Virus record (IMG/VR): IMGVR_UViG_3300037307_000164
Coordinates: 1 to 38,493 of that record
Strand: one strand, 5' to 3'
DNA: 38,493 nt
DNA from: a virus
Lineage: Duplodnaviria; Caudoviricetes
Under the pieces are notes generated by a model that saw only the letters and a program-made list of their open reading frames with translations, was not told the origin of the DNA and did not search any database. The position numbers and the translations under genes are program-made. Positions 1-9,321 of this stretch are shown here, piece by piece. The stretch's first letter is position 1, and the number at the start of each line of letters is the position of its first letter.

Positions 1-2
1 TG

Positions 3-1781
3 GCGGGTGTCGCGCCGACGGTCGCACGCACCGAGAACCAGTCGATTCAGGTGCCAGCCGGGGCGGTCACGCTGACTGGCACGGCCCCGCAGATCAACCG
101 TCTGCTGACGGTGCCTGCCGGCGCGGTCACGCTGACCGGCACTGCGCCAACGCTGGCGTATTCGTGGTTCGTGCAGCCTGCCGCTGGCGTGGTTGCGCTT
201 GCTGGCGTTGTTCCGACGGTCGATGTTACCAACGCGCAGACGATTTCGGTGCCTGGGGCGTCGGTTGTTCTGGCTGGCGTTGTGCCGACCGTATCTCGCA
301 CGCAAAACCAGAACCTTACGATTCCCGCTGGAGCGGTGACGCTGGCTGGTGCAGTTCCCCTGGCTGGCCAAAGCTTCAGCATTCAGCCTCCTGCGGGTTC
401 AGTGCTTCTCGAGGGATCTGCCCCGACTGCGCGCACGACCCTCAGTGCTACTCCTGACGCTGGATCAGTCGTCATTACCGGGGTCGGGCCGGTTGTTGGG
501 CAGACGCTCTCCGCACATCCTGGTGCTGCGTCCATTTTGCTGGCTGGTACAGCCCCGCAGGTGGACCGTACACAGAATCAAAGTATCCAGCCAGGTGCAG
601 GTGCGGTCACGCTCACTGGCGTCGTGCCAGTTCAAGACACGCAGATCGTCAATGTCCCAGGCGCGCTGCTGGTCACTGGCGCTGTGCCAGCTGCTGGCCA
701 GTCCTTCACTATTCGCCCGACAGCGGGTTCGGTCGTTCTGGCCGGCATCGAACCCTCGGTAAATACCACACAGTCTGGAGAGATCCGCCCCTTTGGTGGC
801 GCACTGACCCTCACTGGTGCAGTTCCCTTGGTTGGGCAGTCGGTCACTGTGCGTCCGCCGGCGGGTTCGGTGCTGCTGGCTGGCGTGGTGCCGCTGGCGG
901 GCCAGTCGGTCACCGTACGCCCGAATGCGGGCAGTGTGCTACTGGCTGGTGCTGCGCCGCTCGCTGGGCAGTCCTTCGTTGCGCAGCCGCCTGCTGGCGC
1001 CCTGTCTCTGACGGCCACCGCGCCGACTTTGGGCGGTGAGTACTTCGTACAGCCTGCTGCTGGCGCGGTCACGCTGGTTGGTGTCCTGCCTACCGTCAGC
1101 CGGACGCAAAATCAAGTGGTGCAGCCGCCGGCTGGCGCAATTGCGCTGGCCGGAGCGCTGCCGACCACACTGTACGACCAGAAGCGCGAGCCTGCAGGCG
1201 GCCACATCCAGATCGCTGGCGTTGCCCCGCTGGCTGGGCAATCGGTCACCATTCGGCCGGCTGCCGGCTCACTCGCTCTAAGCTCTGTTGCGCCCAGCGC
1301 TACAACTTCCGTCGCGGACGAGATCCGGCCGTTGGGCGGCGCACTGCAGTTCGTCAGCGCTACACCTACGCTGGCCTATTCGTGGTTCATCGCTCCAGCA
1401 GCCAGCTCTGTTTCGCTGCTCGGCGGTGCGCCCAGCGTGCGCGAAGATGTCACTGTGCCTGCCGGGGCACTGGCGCTGCAGAGCAGCTCGCCGGAGCTCT
1501 CTCGCACTGAACATCAGTTCATCGAGGCCGCTGCCGCGTCGGTGCGTCTTGATGGCGCATTGCCGACGGTAGATCGTGAGGATCACCGCACCATTGCGCC
1601 GGTTGCAGGCGTCTTGACACTGACTGGGCGGGCGCCGAATCTTACTTTTGGCGGTCAAGCAGTGCAGAGCCGGCGCCGCTCGGCGCACAGTGATCACGGA
1701 CCGCGCTTGCTTGAATCGCAGCGGGGCGCACGTACAGCGACTTTGTCGGCAAGCCGGCGGCGCACGACTACTGGAGGTTGA
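3..1781 (+). CDS. Repeat-rich fibre/filament-like virion protein (5'-truncated)
   Basis: The frame is open from the window start (AGVAPTVARTENQSIQVPAGAV...). It has >25 tandem ~20-aa repeats, consensus P-x-A-G-[SA]-[VL]-x-L-x-G-x-x-P, and an Arg-rich C-terminus. It lies next to the head genes. Confidence 0.6.
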   Translation, partial: AGVAPTVARTENQSIQVPAGAVTLTGTAPQINRLLTVPAGAVTLTGTAPTLAYSWFVQPAAGVVALAGVVPTVDVTNAQTISVPGASVVLAGVVPTVSRTQNQNLTIPAGAVTLAGAVPLAGQSFSIQPPAGSVLLEGSAPTARTTLSATPDAGSVVITGVGPVVGQTLSAHPGAASILLAGTAPQVDRTQNQSIQPGAGAVTLTGVVPVQDTQIVNVPGALLVTGAVPAAGQSFTIRPTAGSVVLAGIEPSVNTTQSGEIRPFGGALTLTGAVPLVGQSVTVRPPAGSVLLAGVVPLAGQSVTVRPNAGSVLLAGAAPLAGQSFVAQPPAGALSLTATAPTLGGEYFVQPAAGAVTLVGVLPTVSRTQNQVVQPPAGAIALAGALPTTLYDQKREPAGGHIQIAGVAPLAGQSVTIRPAAGSLALSSVAPSATTSVADEIRPLGGALQFVSATPTLAYSWFIAPAASSVSLLGGAPSVREDVTVPAGALALQSSSPELSRTEHQFIEAAAASVRLDGALPTVDREDHRTIAPVAGVLTLTGRAPNLTFGGQAVQSRRRSAHSDHGPRLLESQRGARTATLSASRRRTTTGG

Positions 1782-1784
1782 GCG

Positions 1785-2093
1785 ATGAACGAAGTGTTCT
1801 ACAAGAGCCCGCTTGAAGAGGTCTTCGTGACCTTCGACTTCGGGCAGGACCTTGCGACGGATGAACTGGTCAATTCGGCAACCCTGACAGCGCGCTCGGT
1901 GCGGGGGCTCGACTCCTCGCCAGAGGATCGGCTAAGCGGGGCCGTCGTGGTCAATTCGCCCAATGTGCAGCAGCTTTTCGTCGGCGGGATTCTCGGGGAG
2001 CTCTACGAAGTGAGCTGTCTGGCCCAGACCGACGCCGGTCAAACCCTCGAATTGCGCATGATTGTGCCCATTCGAGACCCCGCAGATGCTTGA
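1785..2093 (+). CDS. Small beta-rich virion protein, putative fibre adaptor
   Basis: GGAGG RBS. The N-terminal K-S-P-x-E...FDF and C-terminal G-x-x-Y-x-V-x-C...T-x-x-G-x-T-L pattern resembles phage fibre adaptor proteins. It directly follows the repeat protein. Confidence 0.5.
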   Translation: MNEVFYKSPLEEVFVTFDFGQDLATDELVNSATLTARSVRGLDSSPEDRLSGAVVVNSPNVQQLFVGGILGELYEVSCLAQTDAGQTLELRMIVPIRDPADA

Positions 2094-2118
2094 TTGTCAG
2101 AGGCGGCTGGGGTACAGT
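2090..2118 (+). promoter_or_regulatory. Possible sigma70-type promoter for head genes
   Basis: TTGATT-17 nt-TACAGT in the gap before the protease gene. Confidence 0.3.
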
Positions 2119-2160
2119 ATGAAAAACCTCATAAAATCAAGAACCTAGAGAGGTGCCTCG

Positions 2161-3618
2161 ATGTGGGTGAGTAATCCAAGCGAAGAGCTGTGGACCGGCA
2201 CAGAGGCGAATATCCGCCAGGCGCAGGAACTGGCTGACCGAATCAACGCTACCGAGATCACAGCCGTTGAAGCCGCGGAGGTTGAGCTCACGCCTCCGTC
2301 TCTGATGGAGAAGCAGGGTAACGTCGCTGTGGTCAAGATTCACGGTCCGCTTTTCACGAACGCACCTGCTTTTGCCAAGGCGCTCTTCGGCGTGTCTGAC
2401 TATACCGATATCAGCAACGCACTGGTGCTGGCGGCTAAGGATCCTTCTGTCCATTCGATCATGCTCGATGTCGACTCGCCTGGCGGGGCGGTTGCCGGCG
2501 TGCACGATGTGGCGCAGCTGGTCTCGCGCATCGACGAACAGGTCAAGCCCGTGCATGCGCTGGCCGGCGGAATGATGGCGAGCGCGGCCTACTGGATTTC
2601 CAGCGGTGCCCGGCAGATCACCGGTGGGCCTTTGTCGGCTGTCGGTTCCATCGGTGTGCTGCAGATTCACACCGAGTACAGCAAGCAGCTGGAGAAGGAA
2701 GGCATCACGACGACCGTGTTGCGGGCTGGGCGCTACAAGGCGCTGGGCAATCCCGTTGAGCCGCTGTCTGACTCCGCTCGCGCCGAGGCGCAGTCCCGAC
2801 TGGACTACACCTACGGTATTTTCATGGGGCATGTCGCTGAACAGCGTGGCCTGCCTTACGACCTCGCCGACGCCAAAATGGGCCAAGGCCGGGTGTTCCT
2901 TGGCGAGCAGGCTCGCGGCGCGGGGCTGATCGACAGTGTTGGGACTTTCGAACAGGCGCTTGCCGCAGCTGAAAAAGTAGGTGCGGAGGCGCTTGACACT
3001 CGTAAGTCCTTGATTCAGAATCCGAAAAAACAAGAGAGGGCAACTTCTATGGGCAAGAAAGCTCACCTGTCCGACGCGGAGATCGCCGCCCTGGCGGGCG
3101 TCCCCGCGCAAGACCCCGAGGCTAGGGCTGAAGAGCCCGCACCTGAGGCGCAAGAGCAGCCGGCCGCGCAGCCTGCTGCTGAAGGCCAGCCGGCCGAGGC
3201 GGCCGCTGCCGAAGCACCCCCTGCTGAAACCCAAGCCGATCAGACGGCTGTCGTGGCTCTGCTCGAACGGCAGCTGAAAGACGCGCAAGACGCCGTTCTG
3301 GCGGCACGTGTCGAGCACGCCAAGGCGGCTGATCAACTCAACGATCTGCAGGCTCAGGTGAGCCCGCTGATGGCGATTGCTCGCGACACGACCCAGAAGC
3401 TGTATATCGCTCTTGGTTCAGCTGGCGAGCACGTCAGTTCGTTGGATACCAAGGCGCTGCTCGAAGAGCACGCTAAGGTCAGTGAGACCTTTAAGAACCG
3501 CTTCAAGGTGGGTGGGGTCGCCGCAGCCTCTGCCCAAGCCAAGGACGAAAAGCAGACCCCTCCGGTCTCGCCTATCGCCGCGGCGCGGATCAAGGCTGTG
3601 CGGCTCGCCTCGAAATAA
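2161..3618 (+). CDS. Prohead maturation protease (S49/SppA family) with C-terminal scaffold region
   Basis: S49 motifs LDVDSPGG, MMASAAYWI (catalytic Ser), GSIGV and AGRYK (Lys). The C-terminal part is an Ala/Glu/Pro-rich linker and coiled coil. It lies upstream of the capsid genes. Confidence 0.9.
   Translation: MWVSNPSEELWTGTEANIRQAQELADRINATEITAVEAAEVELTPPSLMEKQGNVAVVKIHGPLFTNAPAFAKALFGVSDYTDISNALVLAAKDPSVHSIMLDVDSPGGAVAGVHDVAQLVSRIDEQVKPVHALAGGMMASAAYWISSGARQITGGPLSAVGSIGVLQIHTEYSKQLEKEGITTTVLRAGRYKALGNPVEPLSDSARAEAQSRLDYTYGIFMGHVAEQRGLPYDLADAKMGQGRVFLGEQARGAGLIDSVGTFEQALAAAEKVGAEALDTRKSLIQNPKKQERATSMGKKAHLSDAEIAALAGVPAQDPEARAEEPAPEAQEQPAAQPAAEGQPAEAAAAEAPPAETQADQTAVVALLERQLKDAQDAVLAARVEHAKAADQLNDLQAQVSPLMAIARDTTQKLYIALGSAGEHVSSLDTKALLEEHAKVSETFKNRFKVGGVAAASAQAKDEKQTPPVSPIAAARIKAVRLASK
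2993..3021 (+). promoter_or_regulatory. Internal sigma70-type promoter inside the protease gene
   Basis: Perfect TTGACA (2993-2998), 17-nt spacer, CAGAAT (3016-3021), in a locally AT-rich patch 28 nt before an internal ATG. Confidence 0.55.
3049..3618 (+). CDS. Nested in-frame scaffolding protein (MGKKAHLSDAEIAALAG...)
   Basis: GAGAGGG RBS at 3034-3040 and in-frame ATG at 3049. The product is acidic/Ala-rich with a coiled coil. Same layout as lambda C/Nu3. Confidence 0.7.
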   Translation: MGKKAHLSDAEIAALAGVPAQDPEARAEEPAPEAQEQPAAQPAAEGQPAEAAAAEAPPAETQADQTAVVALLERQLKDAQDAVLAARVEHAKAADQLNDLQAQVSPLMAIARDTTQKLYIALGSAGEHVSSLDTKALLEEHAKVSETFKNRFKVGGVAAASAQAKDEKQTPPVSPIAAARIKAVRLASK

Positions 3619-3630
3619 GGAGAAGAACAG

Positions 3631-4053
3631 ATGGCGACGTTCTCGTATGGTGAGCATCTCACCCGTTCTGAATTCATCCAGTCCGCCAAGCTCGGTGCGA
3701 CGAATGCGAAGTTCACCGATGCCGATGTTGGCAAGCCGGTGAAGCTCGCGGCCGATTCGCAATTCGACCTGTGCGCCGATGGTGACTACATCGACGGTTT
3801 CTGCACGTCGGTCGAGCCCACCACGGTCCAAGACCACAGCTTCGGCGGGGTCCAGGTCGGCGGTTTCAAGAGCGTGACCGTGACTGGCCCGATTGCCATT
3901 GGCGACTACGTGAAAGCGGGCGTCGGCGGCAAGCTGAAGAAGCACACCATCGTCGCGGACGCTTCGGCGAACCCGGTCAAGATGTGGCGCTACGTCTCGG
4001 GCGAGGTCAACGGCGGCGCGGTTGACTGTGCCGGCGTGGTCCAGCTCGTCTGA
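3631..4053 (+). CDS. Capsid decoration/cement protein
   Basis: AGGAG RBS. 140-aa Gly-rich beta protein between protease and capsid, with a D-V-G-K-P-V-K-L...C-x-D-G-D-x-I-D-G-F pattern. Confidence 0.7.
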   Translation: MATFSYGEHLTRSEFIQSAKLGATNAKFTDADVGKPVKLAADSQFDLCADGDYIDGFCTSVEPTTVQDHSFGGVQVGGFKSVTVTGPIAIGDYVKAGVGGKLKKHTIVADASANPVKMWRYVSGEVNGGAVDCAGVVQLV

Positions 4054-4082
4054 CGCCGAACAAGAATAAGGAGAACCACAAG

Positions 4083-5255
4083 ATGGCCAAGGTTTCGTTT
4101 GTCGACGATAAGGGCGCGTCCCACGAAGTCGAGCTGGAAGTGTCGGTGTACCGGGACGCTGTGGCGAACGGCATGAGCCTGCCCCAGTTCCTGAACCAGA
4201 AGTACCCGACGAATGCCGAGAAAGACGGCACTGCGTTCGAGCAGTTCATGGCCTCCTCCGGCCTGTTCCTGCGTCAGGACAACAAGTTCGGGCTGAAGCC
4301 GCCCTCCGTGCGCGACATCGTCGAGGGTCGTGCCGAGATGCAGGCTGGCCTGATCCAGCGCGAAGCTGCTCCGGCCTCGCGTATCCTGTTCCCGGCGGTG
4401 GTCATCGAGACTGTCGAGAACAAGCTGCGAGAGCAGACGGGCTCGTACGTTCAGCTGTTCAACTCGCTGGTCGCACGAACCGACAACATCGCCGGCCTCA
4501 AGTTCGAGCAGGCAGTGCTGAACTACGCCGGCCCGGAAGCGGCACGCATGCAGCCTATCGCCCAAGGCGCGACGCCGCATACGATGCTGTCGATCACGGC
4601 GTCGGACGTGACCCGTAAAATCCCGGTGTTCTCGCTGGGCATGGAGATTACCCGGGAGGCGATGGAAGCGTCGTCGCTCGATCTGGTGACTCTGGCTCTG
4701 GCGCGGCAAGCCGAGATCGAGCAGGCCAAGATCGTCGATGAGGCGATCAACGTCATGTACGCCGGTGATGTCGATGCTGGTGTGGCTGCGCTGGCCGCTA
4801 CCAAGGCGAAGACTTACGACAGCACCATCGCTGCTAACGGCGTGCTGACCCAGAAGGCGTGGCTGAAATGGCTGCGGCAGAACTGGCGCAAGCGCCAAAT
4901 CGACTGGGTGTTCTGCGATCTCGACGCCGCGATGGCTATCGAAGGTCGTACGGGCAAGCCGACCGTTACGGTCGATGACCCAACTTCGACCCGGATCGAT
5001 GCGCTCGCGCAAGTGTCGAACCCGGCGTGGCAAGGCGTGCGGATCTTCCTGCTCGAGGACGGTGTGCTGCCGGCCAACACGATCATGGGGATCGACTCGC
5101 GCTACGCGATCTGGAAGGCTCAGTCGACCACGGCCGACTATTCGGCAGTCGAGGAGTTTGTGCTGCGCAAGGTCATGGCTCTGCGCTTCGACATGGGCTT
5201 CCAGTACTACCGGCAGTTCGACGAGGCCTTCTCGGTCCTGTCGCTGACGACCTGA
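4083..5255 (+). CDS. Major capsid protein
   Basis: AAGGAG RBS, 390 aa, strongly biased codon usage. It follows the protease and decoration genes and is followed by a stable hairpin. Confidence 0.85.
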   Translation: MAKVSFVDDKGASHEVELEVSVYRDAVANGMSLPQFLNQKYPTNAEKDGTAFEQFMASSGLFLRQDNKFGLKPPSVRDIVEGRAEMQAGLIQREAAPASRILFPAVVIETVENKLREQTGSYVQLFNSLVARTDNIAGLKFEQAVLNYAGPEAARMQPIAQGATPHTMLSITASDVTRKIPVFSLGMEITREAMEASSLDLVTLALARQAEIEQAKIVDEAINVMYAGDVDAGVAALAATKAKTYDSTIAANGVLTQKAWLKWLRQNWRKRQIDWVFCDLDAAMAIEGRTGKPTVTVDDPTSTRIDALAQVSNPAWQGVRIFLLEDGVLPANTIMGIDSRYAIWKAQSTTADYSAVEEFVLRKVMALRFDMGFQYYRQFDEAFSVLSLTT

Positions 5256-5262
5256 TAGGAGA

Positions 5263-5285
5263 GGGGCCCCGGTGAACGGGGCCCC
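5263..5285 (+). terminator. Hairpin after the capsid gene (terminator or mRNA-stabilising stem)
   Basis: GGGGCCCCG-GTGAA-CGGGGCCCC, a perfect 9-bp stem with only a weak U tract. Confidence 0.5.
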
Positions 5286-5332
5286 ACCTACCTTTGGCAC
5301 GTCGTCGTTCTGCACCCGTAGAGGAGGCCGTT

Positions 5333-5581
5333 ATGGCTGATGAATCGCAAGCTCCCCCGGCGGAGGTGCCTGCTGCTGAGGCTCCCCCGGCTGAATCTTC
5401 GGTCGCTGAGGCGCCGGTTGAGCCCGTGGCCGTCGAAGTGATGGCTGTGGTCTCGAAGCGGTACCGGTTGTACAACCCGTTCACGAAGGTGTACTTCAAC
5501 CAGAACGAGCAGGTTGACGAAGCTGTCCTGGATGGCTGGCTGCAGAGTCAGCTCGACGCCGGGTACATCGTCAGGGTTTGA
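5333..5581 (+). CDS. Small acidic Pro/Ala/Glu-rich head-region protein
   Basis: GAGGAGG RBS before ATG 5333. Low-complexity N-terminus and folded-looking C-terminus (WLQSQLDAGYI). Confidence 0.65.
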   Translation: MADESQAPPAEVPAAEAPPAESSVAEAPVEPVAVEVMAVVSKRYRLYNPFTKVYFNQNEQVDEAVLDGWLQSQLDAGYIVRV

Positions 5582-5594
5582 TCGCTGACCCAAG

Positions 5595-5620
5595 AACCCG
5601 GCGAAAGCCGGGTTTCTTCT
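5595..5620 (+). terminator. Intrinsic terminator
   Basis: AACCCGGC-GAAA-GCCGGGTT followed by TCTTCT. Confidence 0.7.
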
Positions 5621-5633
5621 CTGAGAGGCCAGG

Positions 5634-6161
5634 ATGTCACTACTGACGTACGTTGCGTCGTACGAAGAAGTTCGTGCTCTTCTGGGGGTTGAAGACGAGG
5701 AACTCCCCGATGCCAGAATCTCCTTGCGGGTGTTCTTGCGTAGCCTCGAAGAGGGGCTGAACGAGATCGACATTTCAGTCAGCAAGACGTCAGGGACTCT
5801 GCGTACCAAGTTCTTGGAAGTTTCGCAGATCGCCAATGAGACCCGCACTGCCCAAGAGCGGCGGCTTTTCGATAACGTGCAGGCCTACTGTGCCTATCAT
5901 GTCGCGTGCGATATTGCCGGGGCACTGCCGCAGTTCTCGCCCAAGACGATCACTGACGGCAAAGCGATGGTCCAGCGCCACGCCGACAGCCCCTATAAGA
6001 TGGTGCTTGCCGCACTCGAATCGGGCAAGTCCAAAGCTCTTTCTAGACTGGTGCGTGCGTATTCTGACTACTTGGTCGAAACGCTGACTCCGTCGACTTC
6101 GGAGCCCATCTCTTACTTCGTTGTTTCTACACCAGATAGTGATCCGGTGACAGGGACGTGA
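5634..6161 (+). CDS. Putative head-tail adaptor/connector
   Basis: 175-aa helical protein, first gene after the capsid block, starting with Y-x-S-x-x-E-V-R-A-x-L-G. Assigned mainly by position. Confidence 0.55.
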   Translation: MSLLTYVASYEEVRALLGVEDEELPDARISLRVFLRSLEEGLNEIDISVSKTSGTLRTKFLEVSQIANETRTAQERRLFDNVQAYCAYHVACDIAGALPQFSPKTITDGKAMVQRHADSPYKMVLAALESGKSKALSRLVRAYSDYLVETLTPSTSEPISYFVVSTPDSDPVTGT

Positions 6162-6994
6162 AGCTAACTGCCGCTGCCAGCTACTTTGACCGTCTGCCGG
6201 TTTACGACGCCTACAGCAATAGAAAGCTGTTCGAGGCGCAGTTCGACCTGTTCGACGATTCGAAGCGGGACGCGGTGAACATCATGCGGCGCACGCTGAG
6301 CGTGCCGCCGATGACTGTTTTGCCGGCTCGGCAAGCGATCCGTGCCGCGGAACAGTACTGGCTGATCGGCAAGCACCCCAACAGCGATAGTTTCATGGCT
6401 GGCTTGATCCGCACGAAGTACACGTTGCAGATGGCTTACGGGCTAGCCAAGATGCGGACTCCTGGTCAAGTGATCGCCAACGCAGGGGGCACCACCGCCT
6501 ATGCGGGGCTCGCTTGGATGAAGGACTGGAAGGAGATCGAGTATTCCTCCCAGGTCTACCCGTACTACGAGATCTACTTCGCGGCTTACGAGACGATCTC
6601 GTCCGGGCTGTACGTCGAGCTTGAGGATAAGGTTTTTCGGACCCGCTCTACGCACGTTTCAGAAGCGGGGTTCAACGTAGCGGAAGCAGACGATCTGCAA
6701 GGAACCCGTGTCACGGTTACCTACAGTGGTCCAGGGACCTACACCCCATCCACTGACACGATCTCGGGCAGCAGCTCGGCTATCCCGGCGCTGAAGGTTC
6801 GCTATGCGGCGCTTTACGAGTACGAACAGGAGTCAGCCCAAAAGCACCAAGCTGGTGATGTGGTGCTGCTTGTACGCACCGCGGATAAAACCTCACCTGC
6901 AGTTGGTGATGAGGTGACCTTGAGTGGGCGGATTTATCGGGTGACCACTATTGAGGCAGACAGCGATTGCTGGCGCTTGAGTTTGCGGCCATGA
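6158..6994 (+). CDS. Putative head-closure/neck protein
   Basis: GTGA overlap. Beta-rich, with C-terminal P-x-V-G-D-x-V-T-L-x-G-x-x-Y-R-V typical of head-closure proteins. Confidence 0.5.
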   Translation: MKLTAAASYFDRLPVYDAYSNRKLFEAQFDLFDDSKRDAVNIMRRTLSVPPMTVLPARQAIRAAEQYWLIGKHPNSDSFMAGLIRTKYTLQMAYGLAKMRTPGQVIANAGGTTAYAGLAWMKDWKEIEYSSQVYPYYEIYFAAYETISSGLYVELEDKVFRTRSTHVSEAGFNVAEADDLQGTRVTVTYSGPGTYTPSTDTISGSSSAIPALKVRYAALYEYEQESAQKHQAGDVVLLVRTADKTSPAVGDEVTLSGRIYRVTTIEADSDCWRLSLRP

Positions 6995-7545
6995 TCAAAT
7001 TCACCAACTGGCAGGGTGAGTTGAAGCGGCTCACCCGCTCGATCAACAACCTCGGTATCAAGAAGGCTGACGACTATCGCACACTCGTGCGAGAAACGCT
7101 GCGCATGTTGGCTGAGGTTTCGCCTCAGTACAGCGGCTACTATGCTTCGAATTGGCGAATCTCGTTCTCAGGTAGCAGGGCCCTGACCGACGAAGAGCAG
7201 TTCTCTATGGAGGTCACTGCCGAAGCGCTGCGTGAGCAGTACCAAGACGCGCTTTCCTACTTTGGTCCTCTTCAGAGGGGCGATCCAGAAGCGGTGGCCG
7301 TCACGATGGCCGCAAACGAGCCGGCGATTCAGAAGATCAAGAGCATGTATACCCCGGTTGTGTTTTACAACCCGACCAGCTACGCTGAAATCATCGCGAA
7401 GAATAGGGATCCTGACAACCCGAAGTGGCGTCTTCGGCCGGTCAACGTGACCAGCCCGAGTCCGATCCCCATTGGGTACGTAAAAGCTCACTTGCCTGAA
7501 ATCTTGGATAAGCTGCCCCCAGGCGCAAGGGTGGAGCGGGCATGA
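6991..7545 (+). CDS. Neck/tail-completion protein (HK97 gp10-like)
   Basis: ATGA overlap. SPQYSGYYASNW matches the 'TPVDTG...NW' motif, and NPTSYAEII matches 'N...YA..LE'. Confidence 0.6.
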   Translation: MIKFTNWQGELKRLTRSINNLGIKKADDYRTLVRETLRMLAEVSPQYSGYYASNWRISFSGSRALTDEEQFSMEVTAEALREQYQDALSYFGPLQRGDPEAVAVTMAANEPAIQKIKSMYTPVVFYNPTSYAEIIAKNRDPDNPKWRLRPVNVTSPSPIPIGYVKAHLPEILDKLPPGARVERA

Positions 7546-7958
7546 ACATCGAAACAGCTCGGTCCGCCGCGTATTCGGCCATAAATTCGGCGGTCGCCAC
7601 GCTGAACCCGGTTCCCAAGGTGGACTGGGACAACCGTTTCCTGGTTGACCGCAATAACCAAACGGCGCCGTTTCTGGCCGTTGACTTCATGCTGGGCTCC
7701 GGGGTACAGAAGAGCTTGGGCGAGACTAAGGTGGTCCGGTACATCGGACAGCTCGCGATTGCTGCCTACATCAAGGAAGGCGCGGGGATTGCCACGGTTA
7801 CGACGATGATGGACACCCTTGCCCACGCCCTTGGGATGAAGACTTTTTCGGGATTGAACACTCACGCAGCGGTGCCTCAACGCTCGCTGGTGGTTGACGG
7901 TTGGCACATTCAGCCTTTGGCCGTACCTTTTTGGTTCGATGATCTTGTAGTGGGCTGA
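7542..7958 (+). CDS. Tail terminator protein
   Basis: ATGA overlap, 138 aa, directly upstream of the tail tube. V-x-W-D-N and C-terminal V-P-F-W-F-D pattern. Confidence 0.6.
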   Translation: MNIETARSAAYSAINSAVATLNPVPKVDWDNRFLVDRNNQTAPFLAVDFMLGSGVQKSLGETKVVRYIGQLAIAAYIKEGAGIATVTTMMDTLAHALGMKTFSGLNTHAAVPQRSLVVDGWHIQPLAVPFWFDDLVVG

Positions 7959-8008
7959 AAATTGTGCTGTAATTTCAAGTAGTTACGGGGCTAAAAGGAG
8001 AAGAAGAA

Positions 8009-9220
8009 ATGGCTCTCGCATCCGGCGCGCGCACTCAACTGCGCTACAAGTCCGAAGCTTCCTACGGTACTGTGAACACCACGGGAGGCGCTACTAACCT
8101 TCGTCGAACCGACGATAGCCTCATTTTCCGTACTCAGACTCAAGTCTCGCAGGAGATTCGTTCTGACCGGATGACGACTGACCTCGTCCTGGTTGGCGCG
8201 TCAGCTGAAGGCGGCGTCAACATCGAGCTGTCTTATGTCGAGTACGATACTCTGCTCGAAGCCCTACTGCAGGGTACGTGGAACGTCTACGGCACTAACG
8301 GTGTCGGCGCCGCGATTACCACCGGCAACTTCACCTCGCAGACGGCGTTCACCGGCACGGGCATGCCGGTCACGAACCTTAGCAAAGGTCAGTGGGTTCG
8401 CTTGAAGACCACGGTTGACGGCGGCAGCAACGATGGTCGCATTCTCCAGATCTCGCGCACCGCTGCTGCGCCCACTGCAACGGCGATTACGTTCGAGACG
8501 CCGTCACCTTCAGTTACGACTGGGGCGATGCCTTCGTTTAGTTTCCAGACCTCAAGGCTGATCAACGGCACCACGCAGCGCAGCTTTTCCCTGGAGCGCG
8601 AGCACTCGGACATTACGCAATTCGTGATGTTCCGCGGCATGGTCCCTTCGAAACTGTCGATGAACTTCCAGTCTGGCGCTATTGTTACCGGCTCGATGGA
8701 CTTCATGGGCAAGGATCAGTTGTCCCCGACAGGTACGACCGGGTTTACCGGTGGTGCCGCTAGTGCGTCGAAGACTTATGACGTGATGAATGCCGTGACG
8801 GGCGTGGGCAACATCTTGGAAAACGGTACGATCCTTACCGGCACTTATATCAAGTCGCTGAGTCTCGACATCGATAACGCCCTGCGGGGCCGCGATGCTA
8901 TCGGTAATCTGGGTAACGTCGAGATTGCGTCGGGGACCCTTTCGGTGACGGGCCGGATGAGCGTGTATTTCGCCAACGCCACGCTCTACAACAAGTTCAT
9001 TGGTAGCACCGCGACCAGTCTGAGCTTCTCCGCTCAGGACGCCAGCGGCAACGGCTATATGTTCTATCTGCCGAAGGTCAAGTTCAGCGAGGGCAACATC
9101 GTTTCGGGCAACAAGGATTCGGACTCGATGGTTGACATGGGGTTCACCGCTCTGATGGATACCAGTACCGGCACCAACTACATGATCGCTGTTGATCGGG
9201 TGGGTGTCGCGGTGGCGTGA
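8009..9220 (+). CDS. Major tail tube protein
   Basis: AAGGAG RBS. Motifs Y-K-S-E-x-S-Y-G-T, SQEIRSDR, GGVNIELSY and VTGRMSVYF. Followed by a terminator and the chaperone genes. Confidence 0.85.
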   Translation: MALASGARTQLRYKSEASYGTVNTTGGATNLRRTDDSLIFRTQTQVSQEIRSDRMTTDLVLVGASAEGGVNIELSYVEYDTLLEALLQGTWNVYGTNGVGAAITTGNFTSQTAFTGTGMPVTNLSKGQWVRLKTTVDGGSNDGRILQISRTAAAPTATAITFETPSPSVTTGAMPSFSFQTSRLINGTTQRSFSLEREHSDITQFVMFRGMVPSKLSMNFQSGAIVTGSMDFMGKDQLSPTGTTGFTGGAASASKTYDVMNAVTGVGNILENGTILTGTYIKSLSLDIDNALRGRDAIGNLGNVEIASGTLSVTGRMSVYFANATLYNKFIGSTATSLSFSAQDASGNGYMFYLPKVKFSEGNIVSGNKDSDSMVDMGFTALMDTSTGTNYMIAVDRVGVAVA

Positions 9221-9240
9221 TTCTCAGCTGTCTCCTCCTT

Positions 9241-9263
9241 GAGGGCCTTCGGGCCCTCTTTTT
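9241..9263 (+). terminator. Intrinsic terminator after the tail tube gene
   Basis: GAGGGCC-TTCG-GGCCCTC-TTTTT, with a cUUCGg tetraloop. Confidence 0.85.
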
Positions 9264-9321
9264 CGCGGATCGTTGGACAACTTACAACGTCCGCATAGTA
9301 CAACCTGTCAAGAAGGCAATC

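Noticed and set aside
3-1640. Nucleotide repeats such as GCGGTCACGCTG as a DNA-level element
   Set aside because: Explained by the amino-acid repeat, since synonymous positions vary between copies.
2137-3336. 399-aa minus-strand ORF
   Set aside because: Shadow of the S49 protease gene.
3990-5315. 441-aa minus-strand ORF
   Set aside because: Antisense shadow of the codon-biased capsid gene, with no RBS or protein motifs.
9217-9321. N-terminal extension of the tail chaperone given in the ORF track
   Set aside because: It runs through a clear terminator, and ATG 9322 has a better RBS.
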